From Wallemia ichthyophaga EXF-994 (taxonomy: Eukaryota; Fungi; Basidiomycota), in the NCBI RefSeq assembly GCF_000400465.1, contig NW_008806285.1, positions 300,001 through 332,000 on the forward strand: a stretch of 32,000 bases of DNA, in the 5' to 3' direction. The translations under genes were made by a program, and so were the position numbers. Numbering within the stretch: the stretch's first letter is position 1; each line of letters opens with the position of its first letter. The notes under the pieces are model-generated. The model was not told the origin of the DNA. It saw only the letters and a program-made list of their open reading frames with translations, and did not search any database. Positions 9,870 through 21,238 of this stretch are shown piece by piece.

Positions 9870-11253
9870 TTAAAAGCTTTTCTTTAGTTTCTCGTCCTCA
9901 TTTTCAATTAGATGCTCAGACTTTCTCCTCTTATTCGCGCGACCCTCTTCTTCGTTAGCTTCATTCGCTGCATTCGCTGCATTCTTATCGTCAGAATCAC
10001 TGTTATCACTCGTGTTATTTGTATTGCTGCTACCATTTCCACTTTCAAGTTGTGTTGTACTGCTCAGGGACACAGGCTCTTCTGCAACCTTGCCCTGCCC
10101 AGCGTCCAACTCATCGACAATACCAAGATGTTCCTGTGCAGTCGTTGGTTGCGGTGGTGGCTGAGCGTCACTTTCTCCATCGGCAGAATTGGTTCCTCCA
10201 CTCAAAGCTGCTGCTGCTGCTGCCGCTGCATTGCTACTACTGCTCGTCGGACTTGTTGGCCTGTTAAGATTCACATTCCCAAAGTCCTCTACATCAGCTT
10301 GGGTGTCTTGCATACTCAATGGAGATATTTCTCTGCTTGTCTTTCTATTAGCTAAAAACGGTATCGGTGAGAACATTGGGGTTGGTGGTGCGCTTGCCCT
10401 GCTTGAATGTGAGGGTGAAACATTCAATGCCGATGCATTGCTTAATTCAACTGAATCTAGAGGCACGGCGCCTTCTCCATTAAGGAGTCCACATGTATTC
10501 GTATTAGATGTACCTTCCATCGCCTTTATTTGTGCATCGAGTGATATTTTACCTGATGTCACCATTACTACTCTATGCAGCGCCCGCAAATATTTTCCAA
10601 CGGTTCTATACGAGCCTCTATCCTTGTTGTCATTGTATATAGCTAATTCGGATATTCGTTGTATCGTGAATGGAGGTTCACTGTTGATATTCCAATTCAC
10701 GTCAGCAACTCCTTGATCAGAATATCAACATACTCAACGAAATCCACTTCGATTATCTGCCAGATGCTATTGAACTCTTCAAAGGCTTCCTTCTCCGAAA
10801 CGCTCTCAACAACCGGTGCACGTTTCGGTCCAATCACAACAGCAGGTGTTTGTACTCGTGACTTGTCTGGAGACTGACTGTGTTCGTCACTTTGCCCGAG
10901 TTGTAGGTTATTGCCGCCGTCGGCTATATTGATCTCTGGCTCAGTTCTTGTGCGCGTATCGAGTTCGACTTTAGGTTTGTCCATCTCTCGGGTATTCTTT
11001 AGGTCATCGTGTTGGGTATTATGGCTAGTGTTGTCGTAGTACTTCTTTATATTCTGTGACGCGCAGTTTAATCTACTGTCTCCTGTCTCGCCGGCGACAT
11101 TCACTCACCTCCTGAATTCTCTCCTTAAGCGCCTGTCTAATAACATCCCACGACTGGCTATATATTGCTGCGTTAATGTCAAGCATTCAATACACCTCCA
11201 CCTCACCTCGGCTCAACGTTATCAGTCATCTTCTCCAATTCGCTCAACGACAT
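9870..11253 (-). CDS. PPP4R2: Protein phosphatase 4 regulatory subunit 2 (PPP4R2/Psy4 family)
   Basis: Splicing gives MSLSELEKMTDNVEPSQSWDVIRQALKERIQENIKKY...DFVDEPPFTIQRISEL...YRTVGKYLRALHRVVMVTS, containing the PPFTIQR / KYLRAL signature. Three introns; long disordered acidic tail. Confidence 0.85.
10207..10230. repeat. (GCT)n coding microsatellite, poly-Ala in PPP4R2
   Basis: gctgctgctgctgctgccgctgca encodes an Ala run on the minus strand. Confidence 0.7.
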
Positions 11254-11295
11254 GATGAAGGCAATAAACCAAGCCAGAATTCAACACATTCATTT

Positions 11296-14200
11296 CTAAC
11301 AAACATCAATAATACATGGCTTTGACTTGTAATCTTGTATTCTCTCCACTGATCTTCTAACGCGCTCGTCCCAGTCGATTGTCGCATCAACTATGTCATC
11401 AGCATACACTTCCTCTAATATCACCACAACTTCAACGCGACATTTTGACAATGGCAGTATTCTAACATGCTGCACAGTCTCCTCATCCGATTCAAGACGT
11501 TGGAGATGCGTCCATTCCGGTCCCTTAATAATCACGCATCCTTCCACACTCGCTTGGACTTTGTATTTCAACTTCATAAAGCGCTCACTTTTGTTCGCTA
11601 TGCGCAGCCTCAGTTGAGCTTCCTTTCCAATCACTATCTTGTCCCATGAACTCTGTGCCAAATCTATGTCTATATCATTTAGTTTAACCATCTCCAACAT
11701 CCTCCTGCTCAGCTTATGTTTGCGGAGGTTGAAGTTGAGGTTTCCAGCTCTTGGTGTGTCCGTCGTTGAGTCGGGTTCACGCCAAAATAGTCTCACATTC
11801 TTGTATAGCTCTTGACTATACCAGAATATCTCTCTCATGATCCTCTCCTTCTTCAGTGGTAGACTTGTTTGTGATACTGTAAACTGTCTCTCACAGAGAC
11901 TTGGTATGTTAGCCGTCGAAGTCGCTTCTCGTAGCTTCATTCTCCGCACAGGCAAAACAAGCCTTGCAGTTGAACCAGGCTGAACCAATCGACAGACTCC
12001 AAATTCGGTCATGTATTCCTCTTCTTCGTCTTCTTTGACTCTCTCCAATACCACTTCAAATGGAGTACCGAATGAATTTCGAATATCGACGATAAGCAGA
12101 AACTCCTTGGTATCTTTGTTGCTATTCTGGAGCAGCTGTGATTGCTCTATCAGGGGCAGATGTGGTGTACTAGGCTGCGTCATTTGTGTCGGAGTCATTG
12201 GTTGGCTGGCGCTAGCGCTGGGTGAATTAGGCCACAATCCGAAATAATCCTTCTGCTCCAACTCGGAGGCCTTCTCGACGCCTTCGAAAGGCAAAACAGA
12301 GATTTGTTGAGCTTCGAGCGTCTGTTGCACTGTTAATGACAGCGAGTAAACAAGCTGACGCGCGTAAATCTGTTCAGAGTCCTCGCTGTCACGACCATAC
12401 TCAACGATGATTGAACCCTGGTTACAACCCACTCTTCCATAGCAATATATATCTAAAACTGCTCTCCGTCTTGCTGGTATAGTTATTGCCGAGATATCGG
12501 TACAAGGTCTGAAGACAGGCTCGTGCGCGACCGTGTATTCCATCTCGTGCGTTTCAGTCAAACTACCCTGCTGCTCTTCTATAGCTGATAACAAACATTC
12601 CGTTGAGTTATCGCTGAATTTTATGTCGATGAAATCTACATCAACGTCCGACGTATTCTCTAGAATCAACTTGAGCGTCGTACTAATCGCGTTGTCAGAT
12701 AAAGCACTGAAGTCTATCAGACCCACCATTCTCCACTGTAAAGCATTAAAGCATGATGATTCATATTAGTCGCCGCAACGACGAGCGTTGGTAGTGAGTG
12801 AATTGCAGTAATATTGATATACTGGGGACTTTTCATACCTCCAGGAGCGCTCGTGAGAGTAGTCCTCCGGGAATCGTTCATAGAAGCAATGGTTGAGGAT
12901 CTACTAGACATACTCTGCCTTTGTAGAGATGGTGTACTGTTCAATGCCGAGCTCTTCATCTTGCTCCTCCGCTCTAATTTCAAACTCCGAGCTTTGCTCT
13001 TACGTTTCTCTTCGTCCGTGTTAGACAACGGGAGAATAATTTCCTTCGTCACCGTCCCTTTCATTCTCATTCTACATCCCAGTACTGTCAGTTGGCCCGT
13101 ACTCTGTACTAAACCTTTCAGTAGCAATGTCTGATATGAAACTGGTGCCAGACAGACGTCCATCTTCTCGCCCTCAAAGCATACACCCGAAGTGCTCAGG
13201 ACGTGTCAGTACCACCCAATATATTCGAAATATGACTTACATTAGCTCAACACCTTGTAGCTCTAGTGGGAATTTATAAGGATTATGCAGCGTTGCTGCT
13301 ATTTCTAACATCTCATTTTGTACAGTCATAGCCTGGATATAAATGTCAACTTACTCACGCAATCTTAACAAACTAACCTCTGCTATTCTCAAAGATCTTC
13401 TAGCTGGTGTGTTTGCAAGCTTTCGAATTGATGATCGCTGCGAGCTGTATGCAAATGGTATGGCATTTCCTGGTAGTCTTGGGGATGTTAAATGGAAGCG
13501 CGCTATTCTACGATAAACCCACGTTATAAGCTCCAGGCTGAGGAGTGGGTCAGGAACCCAAAAAGCGAGTTCAACAGTAGTGGTTAAACTCCGACGCAGC
13601 ACATCCAGTGCTGCAAGCATAATCTGAACAATTCTAACCTGCTCAGGAGCAGCTAGTGCAAAATAGAAATACCTCAACAATATAGCAGAATACTTGATTA
13701 TGGCATTAAAGTCGCCAATATGCTCTACGATAGATATGGCATCTCTGAGAAAGTTTCGCTGCATAGTAGTCCAATTAAAGCTATGCTCGAGCTCCTCTTT
13801 GAAACTATCCCTCGCTTCATTATCTTCGTCTCTATAAAGGTATCTAAACTGCGTGTCTATCCCGTAAACATCACAAACATCATCCAGAATCTTGACCAAC
13901 GATTCACTGTTGTCTTTCAATTGCCTCAGTACAACCTTTGGGTAAGATTCTTCGGTCTTAAGATCGTTCCGTGATGCTTCAAGTAAATCTGTACAGATAG
14001 CTACAACTTCCTGACGGAAATAGGCTGCCTTGCGCGCATAGCCGATGCTATCATGCGTATATAACAGCGCTATTGTAACCTTTAGCTGCTCCAATCTGTC
14101 TAATTGAAGTAGATGTGCTCCATGAGCCATTTCTGCAATCAATGAGATCTGAGATCTGGGCAAATGAGGCATCTTGTCGGCATGTTCCACTATCATATCA

Positions 14201-15292
14201 CGATCTGGCTGAGTTTCCAGAAAGACGGGCGAGCCTCCAATCACTAATGCATTTAAAGACTCATCATTCAGACCCCCACAAGCCCAAACTGTCAAGAGGA
14301 ATTTCGAAAACCTCAGGCACGCGCGGACGTAAGTCCTCACAGCTGTCAAGTTTGTATTGGAAACTGATAGATTGTTGATATTTAGACTTGAGTTTGAGGC
14401 GGGTGCACTACTAGATGAGGTCTGTAGCAGACGTTTATATGACGCTAAAGCGCTACTGAATTTGTCGTATATTGCAGCCCAAGGAGTTTCGAGTAATGCG
14501 TGGATGGGTATTTTTTCTGTTTTCTGCCAATATAGTAAAACCTGTGCAACCGCTTGGCATTCAATGGCGGATGCATGATGGAATGAGTCGACAGGTGCAC
14601 GTAGCTGCGACAAACTCTCGTTATAGTTTGCCAAACTCTCTTTTAGCCTGCCTGACATGAGAAAAAGATCGCCATAGAGCTTAGACTGTCTACCGTCGTT
14701 TTTGCGCCTCTCGCCTGCTGTTTCTGCAAACCAAGACAAAATGCTGCCGATGATATCAGCAATCAGGGTATTCAAGTAGAATGCGCTGTCTTCAACCAGC
14801 GCTAAATGAGAAGAAGGATTGTTAGCGGCTCTTTCACTGTCTCTAGGCTGGAATGCCCAGCAGCGCTGTATGGGTGGTTTGAGCGATGCAGGGAGCCCCA
14901 CGATGGTGTGATTGAACGCGTCGTTGGCTGTATCTAGAGAAGAATGCGAGGGACAGTCGACTACGCCAACCACAGCATGAAATTGGTCGCTGAACGCAAC
15001 CTGTGCGTCGTTGATGATGCTGTTAGGATTCGAGTGATAGTTGATGTGTATTGTGTGACTCGTCGGAGACAGCGGAGGAGGGTGAAATGCAGCTGTACAA
15101 ATAGCGTCAGGTGTACGTCTCTGTTGATCTCGAAGTCAACCCACAGAATCCTGGCACTTCAGATCCTTTCATCTGCTGGAAGCTGCTCAAAGCTTCTAAA
15201 GAGCTCTTGTAGACTGATTTACGTATGGGCTTGATTGGCACGACTAATATATTCAAGCATCCCGGCTGGATGAATCTCTCGCCATCTTTCAT
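11296..15292 (-). CDS. TRS120: TRAPPII complex subunit Trs120 / TRAPPC9
   Basis: N-terminus FIQPGCLNILVVPIKPI, AVVGVVDC, GRQSKLYGDLFLMSG, GYARKAAYF, VQNEMLEIAATLHNPYKFPL and DIRNSFGTPFEV match the family layout. ORFs 15107-15322, 13351-14973, 12717-13163 and 11296-12729 join through short introns. Start at 15292 is inferred. Confidence 0.85.
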
Positions 15293-15351
15293 CGCAGAGA
15301 GATAGTGGACGTCAACATCCAACAGAGATAGCAGAAATATTTTGTTGATAG

Positions 15352-15518
15352 TCGCGTTGAAATGTATGATTAGTCTGGCCAGACGCTCCTGTTATCGCTA
15401 GAAATCCCACCGAACCAGATGAACTAACCGTGCGCGTCGTGCGCGTGAATGTAGGCATTGTTAAGAAAAACACGCGATTAGGAAGAAACTAAATCATACT
15501 ATCACCGGACATACGCGT
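15352..15518. promoter_or_regulatory. Cluster of five MCB-like CGCG elements in the TRS120/CENP-A bidirectional promoter
   Basis: TCGCGT 15352, GCGCGT 15432, GCGCGT 15441, ACGCGA 15472 and a perfect ACGCGT at 15513. Confidence 0.6.
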
Positions 15519-15575
15519 CCCTTTACACATCACTTTCGCTTCGATCAATACCGTCATCATCAGTTGCTATCGAAA

Positions 15576-16200
15576 ATGGCTCGGATGAGAACAAAACCAA
15601 ATGGCGAGAATGGCGCGGAAGCACGTGAGTGACATTATTTAATGTTTACGTTATTCTAAGGCCAACTAGCTGGCGATCCAGCTACTAATGGTAATCGCAA
15701 TAGAGATCGCGACACGAGTGGTAGAGGCGGCCAGCAGTACGCAGAAAGGGGCGGAAAGAGTCTAAACGCCTACAAATCAACAGGAACCGGAAAAAGGCGG
15801 TACAAACCAGGTATGGCCGCGTTAAGAGAAATCAGAAAATACCAGAAGTCGACAGACTTGCTCATTCAAAAACTGCCTTTCTCTAGATTGGTATGGGCTA
15901 TCTAAGAGAAATCTCCTCGCTAACAAAATCAAGGTTCGCGAGATACACGAAGAATTTCTTAACACAGGGTACAGATTGGAGGAATTTCCTGCGCGTTGGC
16001 AGTCTTCCGCGCTACTATGCTTGCAGGAAGCTGCAGAAGCCTATCTTGTGCATCTGTTCGAGGACGCGTGGGTGTCACTAAACAAACAAAACGACGTCAC
16101 TAACGACAATGATAGCTATCTATGTACAATACACGCAAAGAGAGTTACTTTAATGCAACAGGATATACGTCTCGCTCGGAGAATACGCGGGCAGCAATAA
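15576..16200 (+). CDS. CSE4: Centromeric histone H3 variant CENP-A / Cse4 (about 162 aa, 4 exons)
   Basis: [87 protein letters not shown]. CenH3 hallmarks: RWQ instead of RFQ, extended loop 1 and a non-H3 N-tail. Introns at 15625-15669, 15891-15933 and 16068-16115. Confidence 0.93.
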
Positions 16201-16234
16201 TACAACATGTTTAAAGCATTCTAACGCATACATT

Positions 16235-17302
16235 TCATTTCCCGGCTTTGGCTCTGCGTTCGGCAAACCTCCTCTTGGCAGCGTCGATGGCAGACTCATC
16301 GTTACGTCTTTCGAGTGTCTTGGCTTGTTGGGTTTGTGTTGCAGATTTCTGCTGCTCTTCCTTCTCTTTCGTTAGGGACAACATCTGCTCCTCAACCATT
16401 TTACTGTGACGTTCTCTAATTGCAGCTTGTGAGGCGTCAGTACCCACTGCCTGTCTTTTGAATCCTGCTTCTTTGTTGTTTGAAGTTGGAAGAGATGGTC
16501 CTTGAGGAGCTCGCCTCTTCTTTCCTGCATTCAGACCCGCAGATAAAAGCTGGACTTTATCAACAGCCTGTCCTTCATCATCAATCTCAACATTGTTGCC
16601 TTTAGATTGAGCCTTCTTAAGCATTGAGTCTGAATCAATTTCAGTCTGCGAAGCAGGCGGCCGTATAACGTTTGATTTGTTTTCCTGTGCAGCTTTCATA
16701 GCAGCAGCATGCTCTTCCTCCTTATCGTCGAGTATACCGCGCATAAATGCTGATGCACCAGTTCCTCTGCCGTCTCTCTCCTTCTTTTCCCTGGCTTCTT
16801 CCTCTTCCTCCGCCAGTCTAATTTCCTCAAGAGTCTTCTTGTAGCCTTCGGTGACAAACTCTTCGGTGCCTTGATACTCATCACCTTCTCTTTCTCTAGT
16901 CTTTTGTATCATCTTCTCTTCAGCTCTACTTCTGTCGAGTTTGCGCTTTTCTGCAGCAACAGCCAATCCTTCAATGTATTTGGGTGCGCGTGTGCTGCTT
17001 TCTTTTTTCCGACTAGCCTCGACGGCCTCTCTGGCAGACTGCATCTGATCAAACACTTCGTCATACTCAAAAACACTATCGTCGAGCTTTTTGGCATCTT
17101 CCAGCTGCTTTGCTATCCTCGAGCTGGTTGCTTGGGCAGCTTGGGCTACCATTCCAGTACCCTTACCACCACTGCTGCTGCTGCTGCTCTTGGCGGGTGG
17201 CTTGAACCCGGAATCATCGTCGCTGTCATCGCTATCTTCCAGTATAGATTTTTTAGGCTTTTCCTTTGGCTGGTTGAGCCCACCACCTAGCTTGATATTC
17301 AT
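16235..17302 (-). CDS. Nuclear speckle splicing regulatory protein 1 / CCDC55 (DUF2040) family
   Basis: Intronless 355-aa ORF with DDSVFEYDEVFDQM, PKYIEGL...AEKRK..R..EEKMIQKTREREGDEY...EEFVTEGYKK and a C-terminal AKRRFAERR. Confidence 0.85.
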   Translation of the reverse strand: MNIKLGGGLNQPKEKPKKSILEDSDDSDDDSGFKPPAKSSSSSSGGKGTGMVAQAAQATSSRIAKQLEDAKKLDDSVFEYDEVFDQMQSAREAVEASRKKESSTRAPKYIEGLAVAAEKRKLDRSRAEEKMIQKTREREGDEYQGTEEFVTEGYKKTLEEIRLAEEEEEAREKKERDGRGTGASAFMRGILDDKEEEHAAAMKAAQENKSNVIRPPASQTEIDSDSMLKKAQSKGNNVEIDDEGQAVDKVQLLSAGLNAGKKRRAPQGPSLPTSNNKEAGFKRQAVGTDASQAAIRERHSKMVEEQMLSLTKEKEEQQKSATQTQQAKTLERRNDESAIDAAKRRFAERRAKAGK

Positions 17303-17334
17303 AGTCCTTCTTCAAGAAAACCGCCAACACTGCA

Positions 17335-17774
17335 ATGGGAAAACGCAAGGCAGCCAGGAAGCCAACGGGTCCGAAGAAGGACAAAACTACGCTGCCAAAA
17401 ACATTCGAGGTGTGTTGTGAGCAGCTCCTCTGCCACGCTTACACGCTCAGTGTCTTTTCTGTAGTCGCAACGATGCGGTACAAGTAAAACTAGATCAGAA
17501 GAACGGCATGGGCTATCTGAATTGCAAAGTCTGTAATATGAGATTCGAGTCGACTATAAATTGTAAGTTGTTGGGCGCAGAGCTATGGCCGTAAGCTCAC
17601 CATCGACAGCGCTCACTGCACCTGTTGATCTCTATCACGACTGGATTGTGAGTATCTCTGCCATGCTTTTGAACCTGCTCACGCTCGCAGGATGCTAACG
17701 ATGAGGTCAACTTCCCTCAGCAAAAGAAAAAGAGAGTGGAAGATAGGCCACCAGCCAGCGACGAAGAAGATTAA
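17335..17774 (+). CDS. ELF1: Transcription elongation factor Elf1/ELOF1
   Basis: Spliced MGKRKAARKPTGPKKDKTTLPKTFECLFC..CKVC..FESTINSLTAPVDLYHDWIDANDEV. Two CxxC pairs, three canonical introns, stop TAA at 17772-17774. Missed by the ORF track because the exons are short. Confidence 0.93.
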
Positions 17775-17856
17775 GTCATAAATTGAGAAGAAGAGTGTAC
17801 ACTAGCATCTTGTAGTTTGTATCAAAGAAGCATCGATTTCCATATTAAGCAACAAC

Positions 17857-18842
17857 TTAGAATCCATATACTTTGCTAGCGTTGCCGCGATTTGCTTTAC
17901 CCTGTGAAATCTTCTCTTCTAGTTCCGTTCGTTTGTTAACAGCTTCAGATATGAGCGAACTGAGTTGACCACGGGCTCTAGCTCCTCTGCCTTGCGGTCC
18001 ACTGACTTCGACGTGTTCCTGCGGCTTCTCAGCTCCCATTTGGGTTGGTCTCATCTGTTTCTGTATGTCCTTAGCATTCACATCCACTATATCCTTTCCT
18101 GATAATCCTTGCTTGCGCTTGCGTTCCTCCTCTTCCTCGGCCTCTACGTCAATACCCGCGTCTATCTGCCACTGACGTACTTTGGACTGATAGAAAGCAG
18201 GTTCATAAGATTCCCATTCACCGCTTGGTTTCCGATAATAACCTGGATATGGATCGTAGGGTGTAGGATCAGGTGGGACGTAATCTGGTAATTCGGGTGC
18301 AACGCTCATCTTGATCGCGCTTTGTGCTTGTGTTCTTAGCGTTGACGGCTTCTTGAATGTGCTTGTGGATGCTGAGAAGTACTTGAGCTTAATTCGAGCA
18401 CAATTGTACACTCACCACCTAACGAGAAGATATCAACGGGTGCTGAATGTTTGGAATTCCTGCTTGTGCTCGTACTCGATAGATCGGCATCCTTATCTTG
18501 TGTTGCTTCTTTATTGTGAAACTGTTGCTGCTTCTGCTGCTGGACTTGCGCTTTCTTTGGTGCGGGTAGCATACCCAGCAGGCCACTCAGACTATTTCCA
18601 TTCGAAGTGGAAGTACTGGGCTGTGGCCTTTTGCTAGATTCACCAACTAGAGCAGCCACATCATCGTCTTCGCTCTGCTTGCTTCTCTTGGCACTATCGG
18701 ACTTAATCTGGACGGGTGCTCTCTTTTGCCCAGTTGAAGGCTTTGGCAGAGAGCCAAAAAGACCGCCATTATTCCTTTGCTTCGGCTGCTCGACTTTCAC
18801 GTCCTCCTCGTCACTGCTGCTGCCGTAGTCTCCAACTAGCAT
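17857..18842 (-). CDS. Proline-rich protein PRCC family (splicing-associated / MAD2B-interacting)
   Basis: MLVGDYGSSSDEE start, FGSLPKP, VDIFSLG joined across one intron, and C-terminal RARGQLSSLISEA...ELEEKISQGKANRGNASKVYGF matching the PRCC C-terminal pattern. Confidence 0.8.
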
Positions 18843-18868
18843 GGTTGTATCGATTCAACGACTGCTAA

Positions 18869-19453
18869 ATGGCAAAAACAGCTCTGATTACTGTAGGATC
18901 TACGAAGTTCGATGGATTGATAAGCCAGGCTGTAGAAATTTCTCAAGCGCTGTCTAAGCAGGGCTATCACAGTCTCGTCATACAGCACGGCAAGTCCAAA
19001 CTACCGGAAGGGCTGCCCGGGAGCGTGAAAGAGACATTCGAATATTCTGATAGCTTGAGCAATTACATTGATAACGCTGATATCATCATATCCCATGCAG
19101 GTGCGCGCGTAAGCTGATAGCATCAATACTATCTGATTACTCAAAGGTACGGGGACGATAATTGAAGTTCTTAGGAGCAAGAAAACGCTTATAGCTGTGC
19201 ACAACGACAAATTGGCAGATAATCACCAGCGAGAACTGGCGCGTAGACTGTGCAGGCTGGGATACTGCATCCACAGCAGCGCTGAGTGAGTTTGTGTGTT
19301 TTATCAGCAGATAGAGTTTTAACAATCCTCAGAAATCTCATCGACACTATAAGCTCAATAAATCTGCTTGAATACACACCTACCAGATTTCCAGAATTTG
19401 CAGCTGACAGAGTCAGGCATTTCTTCGACAGCGAGGCGGGATTCCCTGTGTGA
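18869..19453 (+). CDS. ALG13: UDP-GlcNAc transferase catalytic subunit Alg13
   Basis: [25 protein letters not shown]|[23 protein letters not shown]. Two introns; ends [12 protein letters not shown] with TGA at 19451-19453. Confidence 0.93.
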
Positions 19454-19569
19454 TATATCTGGTACCCTATATAAACCCATTTCACTCTCATTGCCTTCAG
19501 CCGTCATTCCGGCCATTTCGTTGCTTGTACAATCCTTGATCCTGACGTCGACGTCGGTGCGCTGTAAAT

Positions 19570-21197
19570 ATGCAGGTCGTAGATGCGAAGCAGACGGCTT
19601 TAAGCAACACAAACGCCCTCGAGTACACGAGCAAAGAGAAAGCCTTGGAAAGTCTGCTCAGTGCCCCAGTCATCTTCCAAGAAGCCAGCAATCCAGCGAG
19701 TAAGGGATTGGGTATACCGAATGGCTATAAAGCAGTCAACGAGGAACTTAAGGTAAAACTTCATAACTCTTTTGCGATTTACTCACACATCTCATCTCAT
19801 AGGCTACACCAAAAGAAGAACAGCCGTACTCTCCATCCAAAGCCAGTCCTGCCGCATCTGAATCTGCATCTGCATCCAATTCCGCCACGACGAGTGCTGC
19901 TGCATCTCCGGCTACTAAGCCTTCTGCCAAAGATCTCTACCCATGGCCAATCGCACCAGCTTTTCCCAAAGGCATCAACAATGTCGGCAAAGGGTTGAGG
20001 AACGTTGGAAACACGTGTTTCTTGAACAGCACGATGCAGTGCTTACTACACACACCCTCCCTGATGAACTTCCTCCAATCACAGCATGCCAAAGGTAGAC
20101 CCGACAAGAAGTTCTGTATGATCGAAGCACTCAAAGCCTGTGCAAAGAGCTCTTTCTCGGGCTCAGGTGGAAGTTATGCTCCAGCACCTGTGGTGAGAAA
20201 TCTCAAGGCCATCGCCAAACATATGACAGTCGGTCGACAGGAAGATGCCCAGGAGTTTCTTCGTTATGCCGCAGATGCACTGCAAGCTTCTTATCTCTCA
20301 AATTTCCCTAAATCAGCCAAAGGAAAGCAAGCCGAGACTAACCCAATACATAAAATCTTCGGCGGGAAACTTAGATCGAGAGTTCTGTGTCAGAATTCGA
20401 AACACGCTTCGGATACATTTGACACCTTTATGGATTTGAGTGTCAATGTTAAAGGTTGCAGCAACATACAAGAATCTTTCAAATCTTTCACTGCCCTTGA
20501 CAGACTCGAAGGTGCTAACAAATACAAATGCGAAAGTTGCAAGAAGCCAGTACCGGCTACAAAGCAATTCACGGTACATGAAGCACCGCAGTGTCTGACG
20601 GTGCACCTGAAGAGATTCTCACCATTGGGTCAGAAGCTAAACGGTAGTCTTGCTTTCGATGAGAACCTCGACATACAGAAATACATGAGCAAAGGGCAAC
20701 CATCACCCAAGTACAAGCTCTACGGTGTCGTGTCCCATTATGGAGGTAGTGCGAGGTCCGGACACTACATCGCGCACGTCAGGGCACCTAATGGAAGATG
20801 GTACGAGATGAATGACGATATGGTATCGCCCTCGAAACCCCCATTCGGATCTAAGAATGCCTACGTGCTCTTTTACGAGAAAGAAAGAAGTAGCACATTG
20901 AAAGATGCTGTCCAAAGCGCAACATCAGCCACTCCATCAAGTGAAAAGATATTAGGCAAGCGTAAGGTGAATGAAGATGGCTCAGAATCACCTCAGAAGA
21001 CACCGCTGAAGACGCCAGTACGCAACAAAATGCAAACCAAGGCACAAACGCCGGTAAGTGCGCCAGCACACAAACCCAGATTAGTATCATTCGATATGCC
21101 CTCATCAAACAAAGCAAAGAAGAGGAGAATGTCTATGCCATTTAACAAACGGGATACACCCTCAGATGATCTTGGATCTCCTGTTGTACGCCGTTGA
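19570..21197 (+). CDS. Ubiquitin carboxyl-terminal hydrolase (peptidase C19, USP36/USP42-like)
   Basis: Cys box GLRNVGNTCFLNSTMQCL, GRQEDAQEFL, LTVHLKRF, His box YGVVSHYGGSARSGHY..H..WYEMNDD, AYVLFY. Intron 19753-19802 joins the N-terminal exon. Confidence 0.9.
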
Positions 21198-21238
21198 TTG
21201 TATTTTTTTATTTGATAGATTATGGGTATTCAACTTGT

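Noticed and set aside
9912-10716. Plus-strand ORFs antisense to PPP4R2
   Set aside because: Antisense shadows of a low-complexity coding region.
19544-19555. Perfect 12-bp palindrome GACGTCGACGTC (CRE-like) just upstream of the USP gene
   Set aside because: A single short palindrome; a plausible bZIP site but untestable from sequence and of expected chance frequency.
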